A DNA stretch of 63,304 bases, counting the filler, from Reticulomyxa filosa (Eukaryota > Protista > Foraminifera), in NCBI GenBank assembly GCA_000512085.1. It is 9 parts of 9 records of this genome, joined end to end, with 100 filler letters (N's around TTAATTAATTAA, not from the genome) between each part and the next. Parts side by side here need not be neighbours in the genome. Positions count along the whole stretch, not along the records: positions 3,349 to 22,448 come from ASPP01004522.1; positions 22,549 to 38,683 come from ASPP01021912.1; 7 more parts are not named here. One strand, given 5' to 3'. Each line of letters opens with the position of its first letter. Positions within the stretch are counted from its first letter, which is position 1. Both the position numbers and the translations under genes were made by a program. The notes under the pieces were generated by a model. The model was not told where the DNA came from. It saw nothing but the letters and a program-made list of their open reading frames with translations, and searched no databases. This document shows, piece after piece, positions 10,979 to 22,969 of the stretch.

Positions 10979-13841
10979 ATGTCTGCAAACAGCGTGAAAG
11001 TGTGTTGTAGGTTTCGACCTCTCAACAAAATCGAGCAACAAACAGAGAAGGATACCATTGTGATTGAAGTTAGGTAAACGAAGTGAATGGTGCGGGAGAA
11101 AAACAAAAAAAGAAGGGGGATGGAATACAAAAACAAATGAAAAGAACAAAAAAAAACCCAGGTGTTGAATGAAAATTCAGTGAATATCGGTGTTGATCCA
11201 AAGAATCGAAAGACATTTGATTTTGACAATGTGTTTCCGCCGAACACCCCGCAAGCAAACGTATTTGAAGCAGCAGCCCTACCATTAGTAGACGCAGTGT
11301 TGACGGGATACAACTGCACATTGTTTGCATATGGACAAACGGGAAGTGGTAAGACGTACACGATGGAAGGAGACGTGGACAGTGATGAGCACAGTGGGTT
11401 AATTCCACGAATGGTAAGGACAATCTTTAGCCGCATTTTAGACGACGATAGCGCCCAAAATGGCAATCGTGAATACATGGTTCGTGTGTCATTTGTTGAG
11501 ATTTACAATGAACGACTGAGAGACCTATTGAACCCAAGCGACGAAGATCTGCGAATCCGAGACTCGGATACGTCTCGCAGTGGCGTGTTTATTGAAGGCG
11601 CACATGCCCCGTACGTGAGCGATCCAGATGAAGTTTTTTCTTATTTGCACACCGGTCATGCCAACCGTTCTGTCACCGCGACTCGAATGAACGAGCATGT
11701 TTGTTTTATACACACAATATGCAACATAGTCTTTTCTTTTCTTTTCTTTTCTTGGTATGTCTTGGCTGGTCTCATAACTTGTACACTACACTACACTACA
11801 TATGGGATGATCACACATCAGAGCTCTCGATCTCACGCCGTATTCATGTTGCAATTGGAAGTCAAAGATATGAAAAACGGATCGGTTCGCAAGTCCAAGT
11901 TGATGATGGTGGACTTGGCCGGCTCCGAAAAGGTCAGCAAAACCAATGCAAGTGGTCAGACTTTGAAAGAGGCACAACAAATCAACAAGTCTTTGATGAC
12001 TTTGGGCCGAGTCATCTCTGCTTTGGTGGAGGACAAAGGACACGTCCCTTATCGCGACTCCAAGCTCACGAGGCTGCTGTCCGACGCCTTGGGAGGGAAC
12101 AGTAAGACCTGCTTGATCGTCACCGCTTCGCCCGCCGAATACAATGAAGAAGAAACTGTTTCCACTTTGCGATTCGGACAAAGCGCAAAGTGCATCAAAA
12201 ATCGTGTCAAAGTCAACGCCGAGTTTAGTGTCTCCGAATATAAAAAAATTGTCGCCAAATTGCAATTCGAAAATAAACAACTTAAACTCACCATTAAGAA
12301 AATGCAAGTTCAATTGAATGCATTAGCAAATGCTGCCAAAGTTTTGTTTTGTTTTTTGTGCAGCATATTGGATTGTATATATGTGTGATATGCATTCGTC
12401 TTTCCTTTTTTCCCCATCAAAGGATACGGTTGACGTAGACGATATAATGGACAGTGCGATTGCAGAAATAAAGGATGAAGGTGAAATGGAAACCTCAGAT
12501 GACAGCACCAATAACGCAACACACCCACCAAAAAAAAGTAGAAAAACCCTAGATCGTGGATCAATGCCCAATTTGGGTGTCATAAATGAACAGCACGCGG
12601 TCAGTTTGTCCTCTGCTAGTCTATTCAGTGAACCTCCGGCTTTTCTCAATGCAACTGAAGGTAAGTTGAATTGCAAAAAAAAAAAAAAAAAAAAAAATAA
12701 TACATGTAGATGTATATGTGTATAAGTAAGGAGATGACAACGTGAAAGGTGCATCTCGCTTGCTTTAAAAAACAGAAAAAGTGTCCGAATTAACGGAGCA
12801 AATGGAGGACCTACGAGAAGAAATTGAAGATATGAAAAACTCGCACGCACTAATGGAAGCAGAAAGAGATGAATTGAAAGAGCAATTAGACAAAGAGAGT
12901 GAGAGTTCTCAAATGTTAGAAGTGAAACTCAACGAAATTAACAAATTATATCAAGCGTCTGTTCGAATGAATGGTGAAAATGGCAACAAAATAAGAACAG
13001 TTGAACATGAAAATGAAGACATGTCCAAACGACTTATGGAATTTGAAACAGAAAATTTCCAATTGAAAAACGAATTGCAACAAAGAGATTTCGAAATTGA
13101 ATCATTGCTAAAAGAACTCAAATTGCTGAAACGAAAAGTACGTCAATTCCGAAAAACAAAAATGGCACCGATACCAACGAAACAGAATCCAATGCAAAGG
13201 AGAGCAGTGACGATATGACAGAGGGTAGCAGTAATCAATCAACAGTGCAAGGCAACCAAGGCAGTGGGGTAAAGACCAGTGGCGACAAAAAAATTCGATA
13301 CATTACAGAAGTGCAAGTTAAAGCACTGGAAGATGAATGGATTAAAAGAATGCGCAAAAAAGACAGTGAAATAAAAAAATGGAAAGAAAAGTATCGTCAA
13401 TATTTTCAAAAAAATGAAATGAATCGAAACTTGCGAGAGGATTGGAAAATTCAATTAGAAGAAATGAAAAAAGCTGTATTATTGCAACAAACAATGACAG
13501 ACTCAGACAAAGATCGACACACAAAAGAAATTTATGAAAGAGACTTAGAAATTGTCCGATTGAAACGTTTGGTTGCTGTTTTTACTAGACAAAATAACAA
13601 AAACTATCAAAAAAATCGGCAAAGCTATTCCAGCAATGCTAGTAATGAGCCTTCCATTGTACGTGCTCCTGTTATTATTCGTGGAGGGCAACGCCGAAGA
13701 GAACAAAATGTGTTGCGTAAAATGAGTATTGAATCTGGAGAAGAAATTGCGCCTGGTGTTCCAAGTATTTATGGTACTGGCAGTCAAAATTTCTCAGAAA
13801 AATCTTCATATATAAGCGATTTTAAGAGTGATATGGAATAA
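10979..13841 (+). CDS. Kinesin heavy chain (kinesin-1-like): N-terminal motor, coiled-coil stalk, tail
   Basis: VKVCCRFRP, P-loop AYGQTGSGKTYT, SSRSH, VDLAGSE, HVPYRDSKLTRLL. Tail motif IVRAPVIIRGG resembles the kinesin-1 IAK autoinhibitory motif. About 4 introns; one frameshift near 13160. Confidence 0.93.
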
Positions 13842-15172
13842 CTTAAATTTTTCCTTACTTCGTTGAAATTTTGTTGTTTTTTTGTGTTGTTGTTGGAAAA
13901 AGATTGTGTTTGTGTTTGCGATGTTGTATCTAGCACAACATTTACATTTTTCTTACAAAAATATATACTCCAACCGTCAAGCATTATCCACATCAAACTG
14001 TAGATATCAAATGACTTAAAATAAAAATAATTTAACAACATTTGAAGTAGATTTTTGGAATGATCTTATGAAAATTTTGTTTCAGTTCATTATTGGTTGT
14101 GAACTTGTTCGGTTGACTTTAATTCAAAAATTTTATCTTCTGTGAAATTTCCAATAAGAAATGGTTAAGCATATTGTTAAAATAAAATTCAAAAAAATAT
14201 TCCTTCATAGTAATTATTTAAAGGTGTAAAAATCACTCCAAACTTTTTTCGTTGAGCTTTTCGTCTGTCGAAGAACAATTAAAGATAAGCAACAGGCTTT
14301 TAAACACAATTTCAATGAAAATAATCAAAATGAGAATAAATTGTTGTTAGCAGCAGTTAATTTGTTTTTGCTTTTACTTTTCGGACATACTCTCTATTGT
14401 AATTTTTTTCGATAAAGATCAATAAAACCTTAGAGGAAAACTTGATTCACGACTGATTATCCCTGCTTTAAGAACCAGTCCACATTAAGGAATATTTTTA
14501 TTGTAATCAAACGTTTTTTAAATTCTTCTTTTAGGCATCGTAAAGTTGAAAACATTTCTAGATTTTCTCAAAAAAAGATAAAAATAAGATGAAGACAGCC
14601 AGAAAATAGAATTCAGGAATCGAATTTGATTTGTTATTACTGAGATAAAAAGTATACATGTGTAGAAAGTAAAATAGTTTTGATAATCACTGACAAATTT
14701 TCAACAAGTTAGTCGGACACGAGTCAATTCACCACAAATGTAAGTATAAATCTGACACTAACACATGGACACTTATTTGTGGAAATTGCAATCCATGTAC
14801 CAGTAAAAAAAAAATAAAAAAAAGGGAGAAAAAAAGCTTCCAACAACACTGCAATTACTCACTGAATTAGCCACAAATTTTGTTTATTTTCCATTTTGGT
14901 CAAATTTGTGCTTTCTACACAATTAAAGACGGCACAAAGAATACAAATAAATATTTCAAAAAAAATCATTGCGCAACAACAAAAGAAAGAAAACTACACA
15001 AACAAGATCACTTATTGGACAAAATAAATAAAAGCCTCCCTTATTTCTCAATTACCTGAATTATAACACAGGACAAAAGCAGAAAAGGGGTTTTTAAAAA
15101 AGGAACATACATACACTACAATGACATAAAGCATAAAACGTAAAAAAACAAAACTATTAACCTTTCACTCGA

Positions 15173-16884
15173 TCAAACGTAAGAAAGATTTGGCCTTTGG
15201 TCATTGAGTAATACATTTTTCTCTTGTTGTTTGTGATATCGGCATTTTCTTCCATCATTGCACGACTTCTTTTTTTTATGAGTTTTCTTGTGAGCATTTA
15301 GTCTGTAAGAAGAACGCGCATACTTATAGATATACGTTTATAACATAATGTGAACCCCTGAAAAAATGGACTCAAAAAAAAAAAAAAAAGGAAGGCAAAA
15401 CTGTAAATGATTTTTGTGAAACATCCGTCCACAAATATCACACTGAAAGCTTGCTTGGTCATGAGATAATACATGCCTTTTGATTTTCATCAAGTCCTGA
15501 ACTGGTTTACGGCAGTTGCATATACAATCATAGAATTTGCGGTCATTGCTATCTTTCCAGATACGAATGCGTGCGTATGCCTCATTAGTTTCCGGAGGTT
15601 TGTTGTGAAAAGTTGTCCATTGCGAATTATTCGTCACTTCTTTCGACTGAGTACGTACTCCTCCCCGCTGAAATCCTTTCGCCTTTGATGTCGATTTGGC
15701 TTTTGGGTTAGGTTCTTCAATTGAGCTTATCTTATCACGCACATTCGCTACATCTTGTTTAAACCATCCAACAAATGTTAATTCGCTTCTGTCCATTTTT
15801 ACATACACACAAGGACACACTTTTTTTTTTTTTGATCACCAAATACCCCTGACGACAAAAAAAAAAAAAAAAAATGAAAACCTGTCTCTCGATCGCTGGG
15901 CTGATTTTCTCGGTTTTCCTTGTTTGAACGTAGGTCGTTTATTTTCGCTTTGGTTTTCCTTGACAGCGTTGGCAACAATTATTTCATTGGATAACCCAGA
16001 CGGCTGTTGTATCATCATGGCATTTGCTAACTGGCCATTTTCATTTTCTGTTTTCCATTCGTATAGCTTTATAATTTTGTATTGTTGTCCATTTTTTTTT
16101 TTTTTGATTGAATCATGTTAGTGTTGCCCTCCTTGCTATTGTGTCCCACTCCAGACTCCCTTTTTTTTTTTGTCGTCCACTCTCGTGTCTCAACTGCATT
16201 GAAAGTACGCGGTTTTTTGGGGGCCAGCATGGCGGGGTCCAAGCCTGTCTCAGTCAGCGGGTTAACGAATGGCCGTTGAATAAATGGCAATGACAAGACG
16301 TCGGTGACCGGGTTGTTAAATGTGTTGAGATCCCAAGAGATGCTGTTAAAATGATTGGAAAGCTCTTGGTGTGCGATACTAGACGATTGAATTGGAGGCA
16401 GTGGCAGAAATTGATCTGCACTACCACAAAGCATGTCATCTTGACCGTGATGACTGAAAATACCGTGGTGCCAGCCACTGTTCCCTCCAACCGAACCCAT
16501 ACACTCACACACATGCCAATCTTCATTTTCATTGATTCCTGGCGGACAAACACTCCACAACGGATTGAAATAAGGACCGAATATGTCAGTTGTTGGAACA
16601 TAAGGAGGCAACGGTAGAGTTGCAGGTTGAATGAAATTTCCTATTGAAGGGCTCGAGATTCCTACTGAACTTGTTACACTCAACGGTTTTGCACATGACG
16701 TTGAGTCTAACAACTCATTACCGTTCAAATTTATCAAATCCGTTGGGACTTGTCCAAGACCACCGTTGCAAAGATTATGTTCATGGATGGAATCTTTCGG
16801 AGGAACAAGTTTCATTGGCATCGCCCAATGTTCCATTTTATTGTCTGCAACCGGTTTTAAAAATGAAGACCCGCAAGCGTCCAT
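15173..16884 (-). CDS. C2H2 zinc-finger protein with long low-complexity N-terminus (putative transcription factor)
   Basis: YDCICNCRKPVQDLMKIKRHVLSH followed by FQCDICGRMFHKNHLQLNAHKKTH (spliced across an intron ~15303-15402). Pro/Ser/Asn-rich N-terminus. A-run frameshift near 16095. Confidence 0.75.
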
Positions 16885-17211
16885 TATAACCCCTTTGTTC
16901 CAGTTATCGTTTCTTCTCAGGAACTTTTCTGGTATTACAATTCCAATTTTTGCATGTGAATAAGAGGAGAAAATACGAATTAAAAGATTTTTTGCATTTA
17001 GATTGTTATTGTTGGACAAGATTAACAATGCAGTGTCAAAGTATTCTATCAGTAATTGAAATATAACTCACAATACCCTTTTCGCACAAAATATTCAATG
17101 AAGTTACAATGACAGTGCGAAAGATAACCATCAATTGATAAAAAGTCTCTCCGTTTTCATTTAACTCACACTTTTTTGTTTGTTCAAAACAATAATAAAA
17201 TAATTAATAAC

Positions 17212-19074
17212 TCAAATATCGATATCCATATTTGAACTACTTTTCGAAGTTGATTGTTTACCACCTGTTTGAGACAATTCTTTTTTAATTTGGGATGAAA
17301 TCCCCTTATGAAACTGTTTACGAAGCAAGCGTGTTAATTCCGTTTTTTGTTTTTCATTTAAGCAACTTTTGTAATTTTGGACGAATGCGAGCAGCGTTTG
17401 ATGCCATATGACAGGCATAGCTTGAAGATTTTCCTCAAATTTGACAAAGTGTTTGATTAGTGCCTCGACGACTTTCAGTGGCAATGCATATTTTTTACTT
17501 AAAAAATTTTTAAAAGATAGTGGCAGGGGCCACTGAATTCCAGTTCGAGCAGTTTGTACATTACCAGTGCCGAGTGTATGACCGGAATGGATTTCCTGTG
17601 AAGTAAGCCACCGATAATGACTGCTTCTCGTGCCGTGCATTGATTCTGGACAAAGAGCAAACCCCATATAAAATAAGGTAAAGTTTTGTAAACGACGAAA
17701 AGGACACTTAACACTACAAAGGGGTAAGAAGAATCCTTTAAAGAAAGCCTGCGGTTTAAATAGAGCTTTTTTGATGGCTTGATACAAATAAAAGTTTAAT
17801 TTTTTGTGTTCTTTGATGTCATCTCGGACTCGAGGCAAGAGAACAATATTGAAGAACCTTTGACAAATGGGGGCCTTTCCTTGAGAGACAAAGGCTTTGA
17901 CAGCTTCATACATGATATGAGGTGTCCATTCTTGAGGTTTGCACAAATACAAGACTTCCTCCCATTCCGTCAATTGAGGGATCATTTTAAAGGCCTTTGG
18001 AATCTTTCCCGATTTCCAACTTTGACAAATCTGTCCAACGCTTTTGTACATTTGGACCACGGCCCATGGCAGTTTTCGTGAGATGATCTGTGAAGGAGCG
18101 ACCGTGCTCGCCGAGTCAAGTTTATTTTCTTTGTAGCGATTTATTATCACTGATTCAGCGTCGTTTGCTCTTTTTTCGATTGGGGCATAAACAGTTCTAA
18201 TGCTTGTTCTTCTTCCTCGGTGATGTCCTGATTTTACATTCGATGTTGTTGTTGTTATTGTTGTTGTTGTCTTTGGACAACTCCAAATACTCACCACACA
18301 AACACGAACAAAACCCAACCTGTTGTTTGAACTCAAAGGGTTGATTCTCTGTTGTCTGTGATTGTGCATCGGTTTGATTGTCTTCTTCACTGTCATTTCC
18401 TATTAGCTCCTCCAACGATAGTTTCATCACACTCTGCGTATTTTCATTCACTGTCGTGTCAATTTGACTTTGTGGTAATAATTTGCCTTTGTTCTTTTGT
18501 TTATCTTTTTGGCTTTTCTTTCCTTTTCCTTTTCCTTTTCCTTTTTCTTCTTCTTCTTCCCTTTTCTTCCTCTTCGTCTTCCTCATCTTTTCACACATCA
18601 CAAATGTCAACTGCACGCATTTACGCAAAATCGTAACCCACATATATTTAACTTTCCAAGTCTTTCAATTGCTCTTTTGACATTTGCAGTAATTTCTCTG
18701 TGGCTCTTTCATCTAAGTATTCCTGTACAAAGTATGGTTTTTTTTTGTCTTTTTTTAAGACACAACTTACTAATGCAAAAAAAAATCATTCACTACGCTA
18801 ACATTACCTCCTCCGAGATTTCGTCTGCTTCTGGACTCTTTGACTTTTGCAAAAATTTTGTGCTCCCTACACCTTGAGTACGTGTGGAAATCAACTGGGT
18901 AGCAAGGGGATTGGGATGTCGGACTACAGGGGCAACACGAGGAGCTTTATCATACGAGGCCCATTGCTCGGGATTGCGATCTCGATTAACTTGCTTTCGA
19001 CGGCCGTGATAAAATGTTCGTCCTTTCTTTTGAGCCTTTTCTCGGCCATAGTGGCCATCAAATTGTGGATCCAT
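17212..19074 (-). CDS. BYSL: Bystin / Enp1, 40S ribosome biogenesis factor
   Basis: WKSGKIPKAFKMIP, WEEVLYLCKPQEWTPH, KKLNFYLYQAIKKALFKPQAFFKG, CTAREAVIIG, KKYALP, PVIWHQTLLAFVQNY. Several introns; T-run frameshift near 17500. Confidence 0.93.
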
Positions 19075-19439
19075 TGTTTGTTCTTATGTAAATTATTTCA
19101 GCCCCTTGTATTGGTCTATCTTGTCTCTCTTCAATTTTTACTTTAGCAATCAAAATGTTTTTAAACTTTGATGAGAAAAATGAAAAAACATCAAAAAATA
19201 CGGCTTTCGCAAAAGTTTTTCAGCACTACAAGCACTAAACACAAGTGGCAGCATACTGAAATTTTACACTACGTGCAAAAACTTAAATTGGCCAGGCCAT
19301 TCATTTTACTCTAATAAAAAAGAACGAATTCCATCAGTTTGACTATTGAGTGGGTTTGCACAGTTTCCAGTCATTCCCATAGGCTAACAATTTTTTTTTA
19401 AAAAATAATTTCTCTAAATTTAGGAAATTATTCTCTGAT

Positions 19440-21112
19440 ATGGAATCTCTTTCTCTTCGTTTTCTACCGTTTCTGCCACAAGATGCAGGCTTTAAAATCC
19501 CCTCAGTTCGAATACAAACGAAGCTGGGTGAGGGTGTAGCCAACGTAACAGACGAAAGAATGGAGAGAAAAATAGTGCTTGAAATAATGAATAAAGATTT
19601 GTCTCGTCTGTTAGCAATGCCATTTAAATTATTTTCAGAAGCAATGAGCCGAGAAGATATTGAGCTTTTTTTCAGCACATATTTGCATTACGCGCCAAGA
19701 GTTTGGGAAAAACAAGTATTGGTAACAAAACAAGAGCAGCGTTTATTAGCGGAAATAAAAAAGAAAGTGTTTGCATCGTATTATCGCTTGTGTTTTGACA
19801 AGCACAACAGCAGCGAAGTGAATTATGCGGATTGGTTGTATGGGAACTGGATCATTGACATTCCAAAGATATTTGACATTAGTTCATTGTATGGTATGCA
19901 CAACAGCACACAAATCAAAGAAATGTGGACGTTTGTGTTTTCGACACAAACAAAGTACAATGACGACCTGAAGATCGGCATTGAAACAATGACGAAGAGC
20001 ATGTGGACAATGATTGAAGCAAAGTGTACCAGCGAAATGGACAAGTTGAACGACGTGAACCCGGTGATGAATGACCTGCATAGCATTGTGGATTGCATAT
20101 GGAGTTGGCATTGGCTTTTGAAATGCTACGATCAAGCCATTGGCATGTACGACGCAATGGATGCGATTGACATATGTGTATGCGTCTACGATGTCGTATT
20201 GCCCATCGTACGTGACATCGTGATGCACAAGACAACGAACGTGGATGTGCATGCGGCCTTTGATACCATCAGTACCATTGTCCAAAAGGAGTGCGTGGCA
20301 TTTGCATATTTGATGTTTGAAGGACTGTTCCACGACCTATTTGCAACCAATCAACAAACATTGATACAACAGATACAATCGAATGCGACCACAATCGATA
20401 CTTTGGCCAAGCGACTTTGCGACAAACTCAATCGCGTTTGTCAAACCCACTCACTGTTGCCAGTGTCTCTCAAATCAAACATTCAATCTTTGGCCGACGT
20501 CGGCGCCTTTTCGCGTCAATTCTTTCGTGTGTATCGTGTCCCTTTGTCTGAACTGCTCGGTTGTTTGTTGGAACATCACATTATTGCGGACAGTGATATT
20601 CAATACATTTTCCATTTTTTTTCGTTTCCTAAAAAATCCAAAGCCGCTGCTTCCTTGAAACGTGATAAGAGCGCCACCGCACAAGAGTTACAACGCTTTT
20701 TTCCTCACAAGGACCAAAGGTATTTAAATGAGGCCCTTCGCTATTGCAATTGGGACTACGAAAAAACAATTTCTGCAATTCTGGACGGAACCTTGCCGGA
20801 ACACGTGGAACGCTTACACAGTGAATCCACTGATCAAGAGAAAAATCAATCCCAAAAAAAGACTCGGACGAAAAATATCAAAAGATGCCTTCCTTTTCTG
20901 GTGATTCCATGAAAAAATTCAAAGGCAAAGGCAGTGACAAGAAAGCCTCAAATGACGATTTGAGCGATGAAGAGTCACTGTTAGCTTTGTTTGGCTTTGG
21001 CTCAAAAGAAAAGCACTTTCAAAAGTACCAAAAACAATTGATGCGCCACTATGCAGAAAGTGGTAGGAATGAGGATGGAGGTGAAGACCAAACAAACGAC
21101 GGAAACGAGGAT

Positions 21113-21147
<35 letters not shown>

Positions 21148-21730
21148 AGAAGAAGATGACGACGATGATGAAGAGCTTGGGCCGATCAAAACCGTAGGCG
21201 GTGAGCAAGGACTTGATGAAATATTGAGTGACAAAGATGTGGACGCTGAACAAAATGAGGAGAGCCAACCACAGCAGAGCAGGAACAGACCTCCTAATGA
21301 TAGACGTGCACATGCAACTGCAGACAGATATTCCAATACAACTAGAGGCAGACACTCCAATACAACTAGAGACATACATTCCAATACAGCCAGAGATACA
21401 CATTCCAATACAACCAGAGACACACATTCCAATACAACCAGAGACATACATTCCAATACAACTAGAGACAGGCATTCCAATACAACTAGAGACATACATG
21501 CCAATACAACCAGAGATAGACACGTAGGTAAAGTGAGAGACAGACGTGCAGATACAGCACGAGACAGTACAGATGCAACAAGAGACGACCAAGAGAGCAA
21601 AGGTAGGGGTAGACGAAATAATGCAGCCAACACTCATAAATCAAAACAGTCTCGAACTACAAAAAAAAAGTGGCAGGCAGAAAAAGCAAGTGCTAAATAC
21701 AGAAGGGTCAATCCATATGCTGGACAATAA
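19440..21730 (+). CDS. ASCC2: ASCC2-like CUE-domain protein with acidic tract and 8-aa tandem repeats
   Basis: WIIDIPKIFDISSLYGMHN matches the ASCC2 DIPKxxDxxxLYG signature. CUE domain LQRFFPHKDQRYLNEALRYCNWDYEKTISAILDGTLP. Single A-run frameshift near 20860 joins ORFs 19440 and 20885. Confidence 0.8.
21329..21520 (+). repeat. Coding minisatellite, 8 x 24 bp (HSNTTRD[I/T/R])
   Basis: Unit approximately CATTCCAATACAAC(C/T)AGAGACA(T/C)A, read directly. Confidence 0.95.
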
Positions 21731-22448
21731 ATTGTTTTCTCTTGTTGGTTTACAATATCTCTTTTCTCTCAAAAAAAAAATTGTTTTGAAGAGGACACGC
21801 TCGTTTCAAGTTAGAACGTTTTTTGATGTTAACACAATTTATTATTTTAGCTCAAAAAATACATTTGAACTGCGTCATCCAGTAAACGTAACACTAAGCG
21901 CAACAGCACAGTTATTGCTCTGGACGGACACATTCATTTTCTTGGAGTTTAGCTTTCAAGTTTTGAACTTTTCTTTTTTTCTATTCATAAAATTATTTGA
22001 ATAAAATAGGAGTAAGATGTTTCATACTGCAACCAAGAAAGGAGGTGATGCTATGCAAACTGTTGTTTGAAGCAATTTAATTTTTTTTATCGGATTATTT
22101 ACAAATTTTGTTATCATATAACTCTCCATAATTTTTGTAACTTAACCGAATCTGATGTTTCTCAAGTGTTTCAATCTGCAAATACTTTTTTAAAATTTTT
22201 GATATTGTAAATTGAGATTTGCTACTAAGGTGTATGCTCTAAACAGGGACTATCAAAAGCAAATCACAGCCAAAAAAAAATGTAAGGATCAGTTCATGAT
22301 GTTACAAATTTAATGCTTTTCTTTAAAGTTTCTCCTTTTTCATAGTTAATTATTTCGTCAAAGAGTATTTGGAAAAGTGTTTTTTTTTGTGAGTTGTACG
22401 AAACAAACAACAGTGCTGTTTAGTCTCAAGCTGGAAGAACCCCCTTTA

Positions 22449-22548
22449 NNNNNNNNNNNNNNNNNNNNNNNNNNNNNNNNNNNNNNNNNNNNTTAATTAA
22501 TTAANNNNNNNNNNNNNNNNNNNNNNNNNNNNNNNNNNNNNNNNNNNN
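22449..22548. other. Artificial contig linker
   Basis: N44-TTAATTAATTAA-N44. Confidence 0.98.
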
Positions 22549-22969
22549 AAAAAAAAATGATCTTCAGGGTGTTGTGTTTTTTCATTGCAAAATATTGATC
22601 ATTTTTCTTGTTTGCGTGTACTGGGATCTGCGCTTGTCTTTTTCTTGGAATATAGAAATAGCATTTGCTACGTCAAAAAAACTAAAATTGATCCTTTTTT
22701 AAAAAAATACGTATAACTCTTGCTGCTTAATCATGTTGTATGTTGTCCAATTTTTTGCTCGTAATATTTGGATTTGATATCGCTTTTAATTAGATGTTAC
22801 TTTAAAATAAATAAATTAATTGAATGTTTTCGTAAAGAATGAACATTAGGGGGTACAAAACACAACACAATAATTGTGTCGCCACAACACAAATTAAAAG
22901 GGAGATTTTAGTTCAAAAGTTCTTTCTTTCTTTCTTTTGCTTTTTCTTGCAGGTGGGTTACGACAAAGG

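Noticed and set aside
21002-21637. Long antisense and alternate-frame ORFs with CIGM/VVLEC repeats
   Set aside because: By-products of the stop-free 24-bp repeat and GAG/GAC tract of the sense gene.
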